Assembly: GCF_000281045.1 (NCBI RefSeq)
Contig: NW_008246203.1
Location: 2,805 to 58,998 of the forward strand
Source: Saprolegnia diclina VS20
Taxonomy: Eukaryota
DNA: 56,194 nucleotides
Reading direction: 5' to 3'
Shown: positions 25,740 through 35,189 of the stretch, piece by piece
How the letters are laid out: every line of letters starts with the position of its first letter
Position numbering within the stretch: position 1 is the stretch's first letter
Notes under the pieces: model-generated
Seen by the model: only the letters and a program-made list of their open reading frames with translations
Told to the model about the DNA's origin: nothing
The model's database searches: none
Made by a program: the position numbers and the translations under genes

Positions 25740-28620
25740 ATGGCGCAAAGACCTCCACCCATTAACACGACAACGAGTGCGTCGGCCGAGCCACCAAAAC
25801 TAAGCCCGAGCCAGCGCGCTGCAGCTGCGATTGGCGAGGCCGCGACGTTTATCGTGGAGGGCGTCACCGAGTTCAAGGACGCGGCGGTCGGCGCCTTCCG
25901 CACGGGCAACATGCTGGACAGCAGCGACGTTAAAGTTGACGTTGCAACAAGTCCCCTTCACGAACTCTTCGAGCGCGGAAAGCAAACATTCGAGCGACAC
26001 TTCTCCAAGTTCAAGCGCGAGTCCACGGGTGCTACGGATGCAACGGACGACGACGAGAACGACTACTATTCGGACTCGGACGATGGCGACTGGTGGGATG
26101 ACATCCTCGATCTCCCCAAGAACGAAATCCTCCAGTCGCACCGTGAGAAGCCGTGGCACGAGGTGCCGCTGCCGGTGCTACGGAGGCTCGAGCTCGAAGT
26201 GCTTTTTCTGCTGCCGACCGTCTCGGTCAAGACCAAGCTGTACATCATTTTGACAGGTCCTGTTGTCTCGACGCTGGAGGTGGCTGCCGAGTGGGCGCTT
26301 GCAGCTGGTGTCCTTTTTCTCTACATGGTCCTCGTCGTCTTTGGCTCCATGGTTTATCTTGCCGCACTACTCACCGGGTCGCTTGCCACGGTTGAGAAGC
26401 TACCACTGGGTCAGAAAGTTCGCTTCGAGTACACCGCGTACAAGATGTTTTTGCATCTCGAGGTCGAAGAGGCGATGCAGTTCCGTGTGCGTGCGCCTCG
26501 GATTCGCGCGCTTGTGGCCCACGACGCGACACGCGAGGTGAAGCAGAAGCTGATGAGTGTCCTCGTCTCGACGGAAATCAACGCCATCCAAGCCAACATC
26601 GCGGGTAGCGTCAATTACACGGAGCAATGCGCCAGGATCTCGCTCGGGTCCGTCGTCGTCGCCGCACTCATCTACGTCGTTGCCGCCTCGGACCAGTTTT
26701 TTACGACGCACCTTGACTTTGCCGACATGAATACCAAGACCTTTGACGCGCTCGCCATCATCCTCCCGTACCTCCTCAACGAAGAGCTCAGCGTGATGCT
26801 CTCGCGCATGACGCTCGTCATCTCTTGGTTTGGCATCTTTCGGCACGAAAATTCAATCATGCACTTTTTCGAGCACAAGTTTTTGGCTACCGACACCCGT
26901 GTCGAGGACGCAACACGCACCGAGGTCGTCAACAATGCCGAAAAAATGTGCAAGGACATCGGCGTCGGGGCTGTCGACATGAGCAGCGTTGCATCTTTAC
27001 TCACGGCTGTGTGGACGATCAACTTTTTGTACCAGAGCTACTACGTCGACACCAAGGGGTCCGGTGGTGCTCCGGGTCCAGCGGGTCTTGCCGACACGAT
27101 GTTTTGGGGCATGGTTCTTTATTCGTTCACGATCATCATCCTAAGCTACCTCCCGTTCTCGTCATGGTACTCCCTCGTTGCGCTAGGTGTCGTAATGTAA
27201 CTGAATTCGTAGGGTGGGTGGACTTCCCGTCCAGGATGAGAAGTACCAAGCAATGCTGTCCAGCTGCCGGAGCTTCTTACTCATGGACCGATTGTCAGTG
27301 CTCCAGCGCCACATCTCGGACGCTGTGCGAGACGCGCAGCATCATGCATCGGAGACGCTGGTCTCGCTTGAAGAGAAGCGATTGATTCGGCAGCTTCGTG
27401 GCGAAATCATCAAGCACCTCGACGCGACGTCTTTTGTGTCATATGTGCTCTACTCGGTGAGCCTCGCTGTCGTTCGCCTCGGCGAGGAGCGTATCGAAAA
27501 GCTTGGCAAGATTGAACCCCTTCGCGCGCGTGTGACGTACAAGTACTGTTCCAAGCTGCTCATTCCTCTCGACAAATTTGAGGAAACGGAGGTCGCGATG
27601 GCAGCTCTTGTGCTGGCCGGTGTGAAGGCGTACGACAGCAGTGATGACGAGGAAGTCTTGCGCGCATCGGAGGCCGGCGGTCTCATCAATCTCTACAACG
27701 CGCGCGATGGCGCAGTCATCAACTCTCTGTTCGAGTTTCAAGTGCTCGACACGAAGGTCCAGCACGCGTTTATGGACAAGGGCGTCGTGTCTCTCTCAAG
27801 CCTCATCGAGAACCCCCTCGTCCGAGACGCGCAGGTCTACTGGAACCCGCAGCTCAATCAAGTAGTTCTTGGCCTCGAGATCAAGGTCATGGAAGACTAC
27901 ACAGCCAAGAATGCCCATGACCGCATTGTGTTCGCGAGCATCTACCTTGCCGCAAACACGACGCGTGAATCCAAGTATGAGATCGGACACGGCGGTATCT
28001 ATATCAAGAGCGATGTGCTGAGCCGCAAAGACATTTCACTTGGCCCTGTCGAAGGCCCTGTGACAGTCTTCCAAAAGGTATATACATGTACGGAAGATGG
28101 ACATGATCTCAAGAACAATGTCTAGGTACCGGGTCGCGCGCGGTCCCGATTTCTGAACCGATGCTTCCTCGCCGCGACGGACGATCACCAGTCGTGCTAC
28201 CACCCGGACGTTGTTTTTGGCGGTGCCATTCCTCGTAAAGGCACGTACGTCCAGCGCCGACCGAGCGGCATGGGGTACCCTACGATGTCAGTCTCGCGAA
28301 CGGGCAGTGCCTCGCACATGACGGGCGATCGCTACAACTCGGCCAAGCTCTCGGCCACGGCCAAGCTATTTACGGGCGGCAGTCGCACGAACAGCGCCAC
28401 CATGCAAGAGCGCACGGCAAGTGGCAAGGTGGATGTACCGCGCACGACCAGCTTCCCGTCTCCTGTCGTCATGAGCAGTCGCACGGGAAGCCTTCGCACA
28501 CCCGTTGCGGATGGGCGTGGCGGTAGCTTTCCCGCACCAACAAGCGACGTGCACACTGCGAGCGCCCGTAGCAACGATCGCTACGCCAGCAACAGCTCGA
28601 TGAATGAGAGTAGAGGCTAG
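25740..28620 (+). CDS. Hypothetical multi-pass membrane protein, three exons
   Basis: Long ORFs 25563-27200 and 27214-28125 plus a last exon ending 28620, joined by ~46-48 nt introns. Several hydrophobic helices and strong coding codon bias. Confidence 0.75.
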
Positions 28621-28648
28621 TTCGTATTGAGTGTAATACTAATACGAC

Positions 28649-28969
28649 TCAATCCTCGAGAAGCGGAACCTTCACATCTGTCTGCGCGCGGTGCATTGCA
28701 TCGCAATAGTTTGTCCAGCTCACGGCGATGGCCTGAAGCTCTTCGCCCTACCGGCAGTGATGCACGCCATGAGTACCCGCGTGTCCAAATGCAATGGCAT
28801 ACAACATCGTTGAGGCGGTCGAGGTTTTGGTTGAGTGTTTGGAGGCCCGTAAGTACGTCACGCATCTGCTGCTAGCGTACATGAGGCAAAAGCCGCAGGT
28901 GACACGGCGCGCTACCTCGAGGATTGCGTCTTCGAGCTTCTCCTTCTCGGCCTTGAACGCTGCGCTCAT
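28649..28969 (-). CDS. DAD1: DASH/Dam1 complex subunit Dad1-like, 73 aa; exons 28969-28916, 28871-28803, 28747-28649
   Basis: Spliced product MSAAFKAEKEKLEDAILEQQMRDVLTGLQTLNQNLDRLNDVGEELQAIAVSWTNYCDAMHRAQTDVKVPLLED matches the Dad1 pattern F..(E/Q)(K/R)..L...I......VL..L..LN..L.....VG.E......W. All splice sites are GT-AG and in frame. Confidence 0.75.
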
Positions 28970-29283
28970 CAACTCTTTGCGCTGCGACAGTATTTCCATG
29001 GTATTTCAGGGCACCTAACACTATATACATTGCCACGCTCGGAACATACATAAATAGTGCGTATTTCTACCTTCTTATAGATAGGTCCTGGGCACCAAAC
29101 CGAGCGTAACTAACACACCTTGCACGAGTAGTTCCCTCTCACATACGACTGGAGCATCCGATGGGCTGCCTGAAGCGGTGACCTGGCAGATGATGTATTA
29201 TACTATTTCTATGACCGTGTGTGCGACCAAGTGATTGGGTACGTTCGAGCCAATGAATGAGCAGTTTAGACAACACCAAGAGC

Positions 29284-30044
29284 ATGGCGGACGACGATCG
29301 GCGCTTCATGGCCGAAGCACTCGCCGAGGTATAAAGCCGCGTGTATTCACCAAGCGCACGACGTGGCAGACTGTACCTGTAGGGCGAAAGGGCGTTGGAG
29401 CGCGGAGAAGTACCCGTCGGGTGCGTTTTTGTCCTTGGTGACCGTATAATTGGTCGAGGTGGCAACCGCACAAACGAGCTCTTCAACGTACGTGACGACA
29501 AATCGACAGCTTCTACAATGACCACGTAACGCAGGCAACAAAACACGCAGAGCTCGTCGCCATCGAGGCTATTCTCAATGCTGGTCATCCCTCCGAGGTG
29601 TTCCGTGACTGCAGACTGTACGCAACTCACCATCGCTGCATTCAAATCTGTGATAGGTATGTAACTTGTGAGCCGTGCATTATGTGCGCAGCGGCTTTGG
29701 CACTCGTGCAGGTCCAGCATGTTGTCTTTGGCTGTCACAACGACCGGTTTGGCGGTAATGGCTCCATTTGCGCCCTCCACACGCCAACGTTGCATACCTT
29801 ATCCTACTGGTCAGCTTCCATTGTCCTCATCCTGACTTGCTTAGCGCCCTGCCGCACAAGGCACACATCGGATATCCAATCACGACTGGAGTCATGAAGG
29901 ATGAGGCAGTTGCCCTTCTTAAGCAGTTCTACGACCGTGGCAACCCTCGCGGTACGACAGTATATTTCCATCTTCGCATCCAACTGATTCCACACATAAC
30001 TAGTCGAAAACTCAAAGAAGAAGCGCAAACACGCGACCGACTAA
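29284..30044 (+). CDS. ADAT2: tRNA-specific adenosine-34 deaminase catalytic subunit, multi-exon
   Basis: FMAEAL..GEVPVGCVFV...GNRTNELFN/ATKHAELVAI...YVTCEPCIMCAAAL...VVFGCHNDRFGGNGS...LLKQFYDRGNP. Confidence 0.92.
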
Positions 30045-30119
30045 CTTGATGAGCACTGCCTTTCGGTTTGAAACTGAGAGTATTATATACGATGCACGAA
30101 TGTCAATTGACTCGTTGTG

Positions 30120-31457
30120 TTACTCGTCATTTGAGGTTTCGCGACGAGCTTTCTTCGAGTACCGTCTGCGCTCGGCATCCAAGAGCGCATTTTCATTTGG
30201 TGCAGCGTCGCTTGCCGCCATAAAAACGTATCCAGCACGGACGGTGCTAGCAGCGATAGCATCAGCAAGCTTGGAGCACGCGCTGTCGTGGTGATACATC
30301 GAGTCGCAGTACGTGCAAAAGCGCGCGATTGGCGCCGAACTCTCACCTGGCAGCGCGACACTTCGGTACGTCAACCGCACTCGCCCTCTCTGCTTGTCCG
30401 TCGCCAGCTGCGCGCACTTCTCATCTCGGTGCTTTGTCGATTGACAGTAGGTGCAGAAGCGTCTGCTGGTATCGACGAGCGTGTCCTCTTCGTCCTGCGG
30501 CCACTCACCATCTTGCGGCAGCACGTACCCATCGCGAACAATGTGCAGACGGCGAGCGTGGTAGAGATGGCGACAGACGCTGTCAATGTGCTCCTTTGAG
30601 TGGCAATAGCCGCATGAGGAATGCACGGTCGGCTGTAGACCAAGGACGCTCTTTTGGAGCGAGAACGCGTCATCGGGAAGGTTGGCAAGCTGCTTCTGAA
30701 CGCATGCCTTCAAGTATTCGTAGCCGCCCGTCGGATTGGCTTTTTGCCAAGCTTCAAACTCATGCGTTAGGTGTGGCGCAAATGCGTGGGCGAGGAACGA
30801 GGCCTTGGCGCTGTCGGCCATCGCCTTGCGAGCTTGCGCGATCGCACCGTGCCCGGAAGTCGCTAGAAGCGGGCGCAAGAAACGCTCGATGCCGACTTCG
30901 TACCGCGCGAAAAAGTGGGTTGCCGCTTCCCGCCGAATGTACTTGAGCATTGCAACCTGGTCAAAGGGTCCGAGGAGATCGGCGCTGCCTACACCGTGAC
31001 CAATCCGGTTTCGCGTGCGCAGCATCTCCCAAATCTCAAACGCGGTCCGAAGTCCAATGAGATCGTCGTGGAGGCGCGGATCTAGAGCCGAGAGGAGGTA
31101 CTGTTTGGCAAAGTGGGCGATGTGTCCCTTGATCGCAGTGCACTCGCCCATGACCGCAAGCGTCACGCGGTCATCCACGAGGCGTTGGCGGCGGCGCGAA
31201 GCTTCGTTGTACGTTGCGACTGATAAACCGCCAGGGATCCGCGGCTCGGCCACTTCGGCGCTAGCCGCCAAGAGATACATCTGCGCCGGCGAAACGTAGT
31301 CGGCAAGGTTCGGGTCTTCGTAGTCCTTGGTGCTGAGGTACCCTGCGATATGGGCAGCCTCGGCGTGGTCGAGGAAGCTCTCTTGCCACTCGTCAAAGTC
31401 CTCGTATTCGCGCAAGAGCGGGCCCAAGTACGGAACGCGCAGAGTAAAGAGGCTCAT
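30120..31457 (-). CDS. Ty1/copia Gag-like protein with three CCHC zinc knuckles (no pol), paralogue A
   Basis: Intronless ORF. L..YEDFDEWQESFL and YLLSALDPRLHDDLIGLRTAFEIWEMLR resemble copia Gag (Retrotran_gag_2/UBN2-type). Knuckles: CGYCHSKEHIDSVC, CTYCQSTKHRDEKC, CTYCDSMYHHDSAC. Confidence 0.75.
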   Translation of the reverse strand: MSLFTLRVPYLGPLLREYEDFDEWQESFLDHAEAAHIAGYLSTKDYEDPNLADYVSPAQMYLLAASAEVAEPRIPGGLSVATYNEASRRRQRLVDDRVTLAVMGECTAIKGHIAHFAKQYLLSALDPRLHDDLIGLRTAFEIWEMLRTRNRIGHGVGSADLLGPFDQVAMLKYIRREAATHFFARYEVGIERFLRPLLATSGHGAIAQARKAMADSAKASFLAHAFAPHLTHEFEAWQKANPTGGYEYLKACVQKQLANLPDDAFSLQKSVLGLQPTVHSSCGYCHSKEHIDSVCRHLYHARRLHIVRDGYVLPQDGEWPQDEEDTLVDTSRRFCTYCQSTKHRDEKCAQLATDKQRGRVRLTYRSVALPGESSAPIARFCTYCDSMYHHDSACSKLADAIAASTVRAGYVFMAASDAAPNENALLDAERRRYSKKARRETSNDE

Positions 31458-31496
31458 GATCACAAACAACACTGGGATTGGCTGCGATGTTCAGAC

Positions 31497-32175
31497 CAGA
31501 GATCTGCAAAGTCGTCCAGTCCGTACGTCTGAAGCTGTACGTCCGTGTCCGTCCGTTTTTTTACGTACACGGACGGACATGGCGAGGCTCCTCTGGAAAC
31601 CGGACGGACATGGACGTACAAAAAAAGCTGCGATAAATATCGGACTGGACACGGACGTACACAGCAAATCAAGTGGACAGGAACTTTTGTCCGTACGTTT
31701 CGTCCGCAAATGTCCGAAGCGATTTCAGCGTTGAGGAGGACCAGGAGGAGCATGGGAGAGGACTGTGCGAGATTCCAACGACTGTGGAAGGGCTCCAATG
31801 ACTGTCGAATGCCTCTCCAGTCATGACGTTGAAGACGAGACAGGTCTAAGTATAAAAACTCTTCAACGAGCTCATTTTTCAATTCGACTGCGACCAACGA
31901 CCATGATCCCGGGAGCCCGCCAAAGCACGATCCGCGACTTCGCGCCTCGAGTCGACCAGCTGGACGTCACGGACAACTGCGGACAGAACGGACCGTTCTG
32001 GACTGGACAAAATTCGGACGTACACGGACGGACAAAAAAAAGAGAAAAAAAGCCGTACGTACATGGACGGACATTATTTCCCCTATATAAAGCGTACGTA
32101 CATGGACGTACAAAAAAAGCCCTATAATAAAACCTACGTACATGGACGGACCCAAAAATCCAGTGCAGATCTCTG
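31497..32175. mobile_element. Non-autonomous hAT-like DNA transposon (679 bp)
   Basis: Perfect 12-bp TIR CAGAGATCTGCA (31497-31508) / TGCAGATCTCTG (32164-32175). Exact 8-bp TSD GTTCAGAC (31489-31496, 32176-32183). Dense subterminal GGACG(G/T)AC repeats and no transposase ORF. Confidence 0.92.
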
Positions 32176-32339
32176 GTTCAGACGACCATGCATAATTAAA
32201 CGCATGGTCTGGGTTAAAGCTCCAATATTGCGTTAAAATATGACCCAAGGGTCTAAACGCAGCGAGCCAAGTGTGGGCCCATCTTTTATAGGACCGTTCA
32301 GCAAGTACCGGTACCAACTGTCCCAGCAAAAGGATACGT

Positions 32340-33878
32340 CTATGTTACTTTCAGACGCTTCTTCCCATTGGGGTCATTTGCCTTGCGCATGCCATTCGTC
32401 GACGTCGACGAATGACCCTCCTGCTTGGTCATCTTCTTTCGCTTCGACTTTTTCATTTTGGGGGACTGCGACTTAGGTGGTGGAGGCTCTTCGGACTTGA
32501 GGCCGGCCGACGAGAAACGCGGATGATCCACAAAGGCGTAAGCAGGCCGCAATGTACCCCGCTGGACACTAATGACGAGCCAACGACAATGTTGCTCGTC
32601 GTGCTTGGTCGACAGGCAATAGCCGCAGGCTCGCGCCGACTTGGACGCCAATGCTGAACTTCGTGGAAGCCGCTGGCCCGATGGTATGCGATATGTTGAC
32701 GGTACTTTCTGGGAGCGCGCATGCACGTTCAGGACGGGACAGGCACCATCGAGATGCCCCACCGCATTGCAGTACGAGCACTGGCGCGTGGGGGGCAGAG
32801 CTGCTTCAGTTAACCCGAGGGTCTTCATGTCTTTGGCTGCGAGGGGGCAGCCATCATCACGGCAATGGCCTGCTACTTGACAGTAGCTGCACGTCGTCTG
32901 CGGTACCGAGGGTGGCGAATAGTCGCCTCGGACTTGGTCATTGGCCACGTCAACAGCACGTCTGACGCACGTTGCGTCAGTATGCTCCCCTTGACCGTTT
33001 TTCTTGACCTTCTGGCAGTACGTGCAGAGTGACAGCTCAAGCGCCGGCTCGGGTGCGACACTCTCTGCATGTCGTGGCGCCAGAGTCCTTGTCCTCGGCG
33101 AGATAGAGCTGCACTGTGCCCAGGCCTTGATGTCGGCGCACGAGCAGTCGGGCGTTGCGTCAAACCAAGTCTTGAAGTCGTCTTGACCGCAAAGAGCGTG
33201 CCCGAGGAAAACGGTGCGAAGTTGATCGAAGACACTCGTCGAGGCTGCGATCGCACCGTGGTACGCGGCCTCATCCCAACCCGTCGTGTCGCGTGGAACT
33301 GGCGCAAGCTGCGCAAGAAACGCGTCGATGGAGGCTTCGGTGCGCGTAGTAAATGCGACAATCGACTCCATCGGGAGGCGCACAACCTTTCGGTAGCTGT
33401 CATAGAAGCGCGACGGATCCCTGGGCTCTGTCGGCTGCTTGGCTTTCGTTTGGATATGCTGCCACATTTCGTACGCCTCGCAGATATGGAGCACGTCTGC
33501 GTGAAGTCGGGGGTGGAGCGCGGACCGAAGAAAGGCAACGGCATGTCGGGCACAGGAGGCCCGCATGACTGCTCGCTCCTTGTCGATCGCAGTCGAGTAG
33601 TGACTGTACACTGCCAGCTTCCGCTGCGCGGCTTGTTCCTGAAGCTCGACAAATGATGAGCTGCCCGCCAGTCGTGGCACAGCGGCTTCTGCTTCTTGCA
33701 AGAGTTGAGCATGGCGCGAGACGCTGATGTAGTTGACCAAGTTGGGGTCTTCGTATCCCGGCTTTGTGTAGTAGTCGGCGATGTGAATCGAACCAGCGAC
33801 GGTGAGGAAGGTGCGCGTCCAGGCAGCGACGTTGTCCCAGTCTTGGAGCCGCTCCCGCGGGTACGTTGACGCGTCCAT
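32340..33878 (-). CDS. Ty1/copia Gag-like protein with four CCHC-type zinc knuckles (no pol), paralogue B
   Basis: Intronless ORF sharing HIA.Y.....YEDPNL..Y.S and SAL.PRLH.D......A.E.W with paralogue A. Knuckles: CTYCQKVKKNGQGEHTDATC, CSYCQVAGHCRDDGC, CSYCNAVGHLDGAC, CGYCLSTKHDEQHC. Lys-rich tail. Confidence 0.75.
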   Translation of the reverse strand: MDASTYPRERLQDWDNVAAWTRTFLTVAGSIHIADYYTKPGYEDPNLVNYISVSRHAQLLQEAEAAVPRLAGSSSFVELQEQAAQRKLAVYSHYSTAIDKERAVMRASCARHAVAFLRSALHPRLHADVLHICEAYEMWQHIQTKAKQPTEPRDPSRFYDSYRKVVRLPMESIVAFTTRTEASIDAFLAQLAPVPRDTTGWDEAAYHGAIAASTSVFDQLRTVFLGHALCGQDDFKTWFDATPDCSCADIKAWAQCSSISPRTRTLAPRHAESVAPEPALELSLCTYCQKVKKNGQGEHTDATCVRRAVDVANDQVRGDYSPPSVPQTTCSYCQVAGHCRDDGCPLAAKDMKTLGLTEAALPPTRQCSYCNAVGHLDGACPVLNVHARSQKVPSTYRIPSGQRLPRSSALASKSARACGYCLSTKHDEQHCRWLVISVQRGTLRPAYAFVDHPRFSSAGLKSEEPPPPKSQSPKMKKSKRKKMTKQEGHSSTSTNGMRKANDPNGKKRLKVT

Positions 33879-33995
33879 AGCAACCAGTTGGATCGCACTC
33901 GGATTCTGTGGTATCCGGAAACCCACACAGATGGAAACTAATTCATTATCCGGATATCCCTGAAATTTGCTGCCAACGAACCAGACAGACAGAGC

Positions 33996-34980
33996 ATGGG
34001 CAAGTGCTCCAAGGACAAGCGCGTACGACGCCACGGCCTCGACAAACAGGTTTCCTCATCCAGCGTACCTAGGACATATACTATCGCAAGGCCAAGGAAC
34101 AGGGCTATCGAGCACGATCCGCCTTTAAGCTTCTTCAGCTCGATGATACTTTCCGCCTACTTCGCGGTACTAGCACTTGGCCATTCTTTTGCAGCACCCC
34201 ACCAAGCTGTTCTAGGTGCCACGCGCGTCGTCGACCTCTGCGCTGCACCTGGCGGTTGGACGCAAGTCATCTCTGAGCGACTGCCCCTGGCGTTCGTTGA
34301 CAATAACCATGCTACATCATCTTACCAGTACTGGCGCGCATAGGACGGCTGGCGACGTGAGCATCGTAGCGGTTGACCTCATGGAGATGGCGCCACTGCC
34401 TAATGTCGTGCAGATCCAAGGTGACATCACAGCGCAGGCGACGGCGGACGCGATCATTGCCGAGTTCCATGGCGCGAAAGCCCAAGTCGTTGTCAGTGAT
34501 GGTGCCCCGGACGTTCTCGGCCTCCATGACCTTGACGAGTACCTCCAAGCGCAGCTCGTGCTGGCTGCACTCAACATCAGCTTGAATGTGCTAGAAGAGG
34601 GGGGTACTTTCGTTGCCAAGATCTTTCGTGGCAAGGAGGTATCGCGCCTCTACGCACAGCTTGCGCTTTTTTTCGAGTCGGTTGTCTGTGCCAAACCCAA
34701 GGCAAGCCGCAACTCGAGCTTTGAGAGTTTTGTTGTGTGCAAGAACCTGCGGATTCCAAAAGGATACACGCCATCGATGGAGCTCAGCTTGTTCGACCTG
34801 CCATACGAGACCGAGGTGGGCCGCGTGGCGGGGTCGACCCACGTGGCTTTCCAGTCGTGCGGCGACGTCGATGGCTGGGACGCTGACCAGTCGTATCCAA
34901 TGGACGATGCCGATGTGCACCACGAGCCGCTGCAGCGCCCGATCAACCCACCGTATGCACTGGCGCAAAAAACGGTTTAA
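33996..34980 (+). CDS. TRM7: tRNA (Cm32/Nm34) 2'-O-methyltransferase, FtsJ family, multi-exon
   Basis: [82 protein letters not shown] and [12 protein letters not shown]. Confidence 0.95.
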
Positions 34981-35189
34981 AACCAAATGAACTTCATGGA
35001 CGATCTCAGTACTAGTATCATGCATCACAGCAATCTATGCATCACTCATTACTGCAGCACGATGGCGCTTCTTGCCATTTAGGTTCGAAAGAACTCTCCT
35101 TTCAACTTAAAGTGAGGTGCCAAGTCATGTCGAGTGAGAAGTGCATGAACAGATCGGTTGAACACGATGAGAAGATGCAGACGTTTGAA

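Noticed and set aside
31514..32152. CRISPR-like repeat/spacer appearance of the GGACG(G/T)AC arrays
   Set aside because: Repeats are short, variable and in both orientations, lie inside TIR/TSD boundaries in eukaryotic DNA, and no cas genes are present. They are transposon subterminal repeats.
32873..33928. 351-aa alternative-frame ORF overlapping Gag paralogue B (possible frameshift product)
   Set aside because: Ser/Arg/Pro-rich off-frame composition, no protease/pol motifs, and it ends before the main ORF does.
30045..33995. Intact LTR retrotransposon
   Set aside because: No pol domains, no long direct repeats seen, and flanking gaps too small for LTRs.
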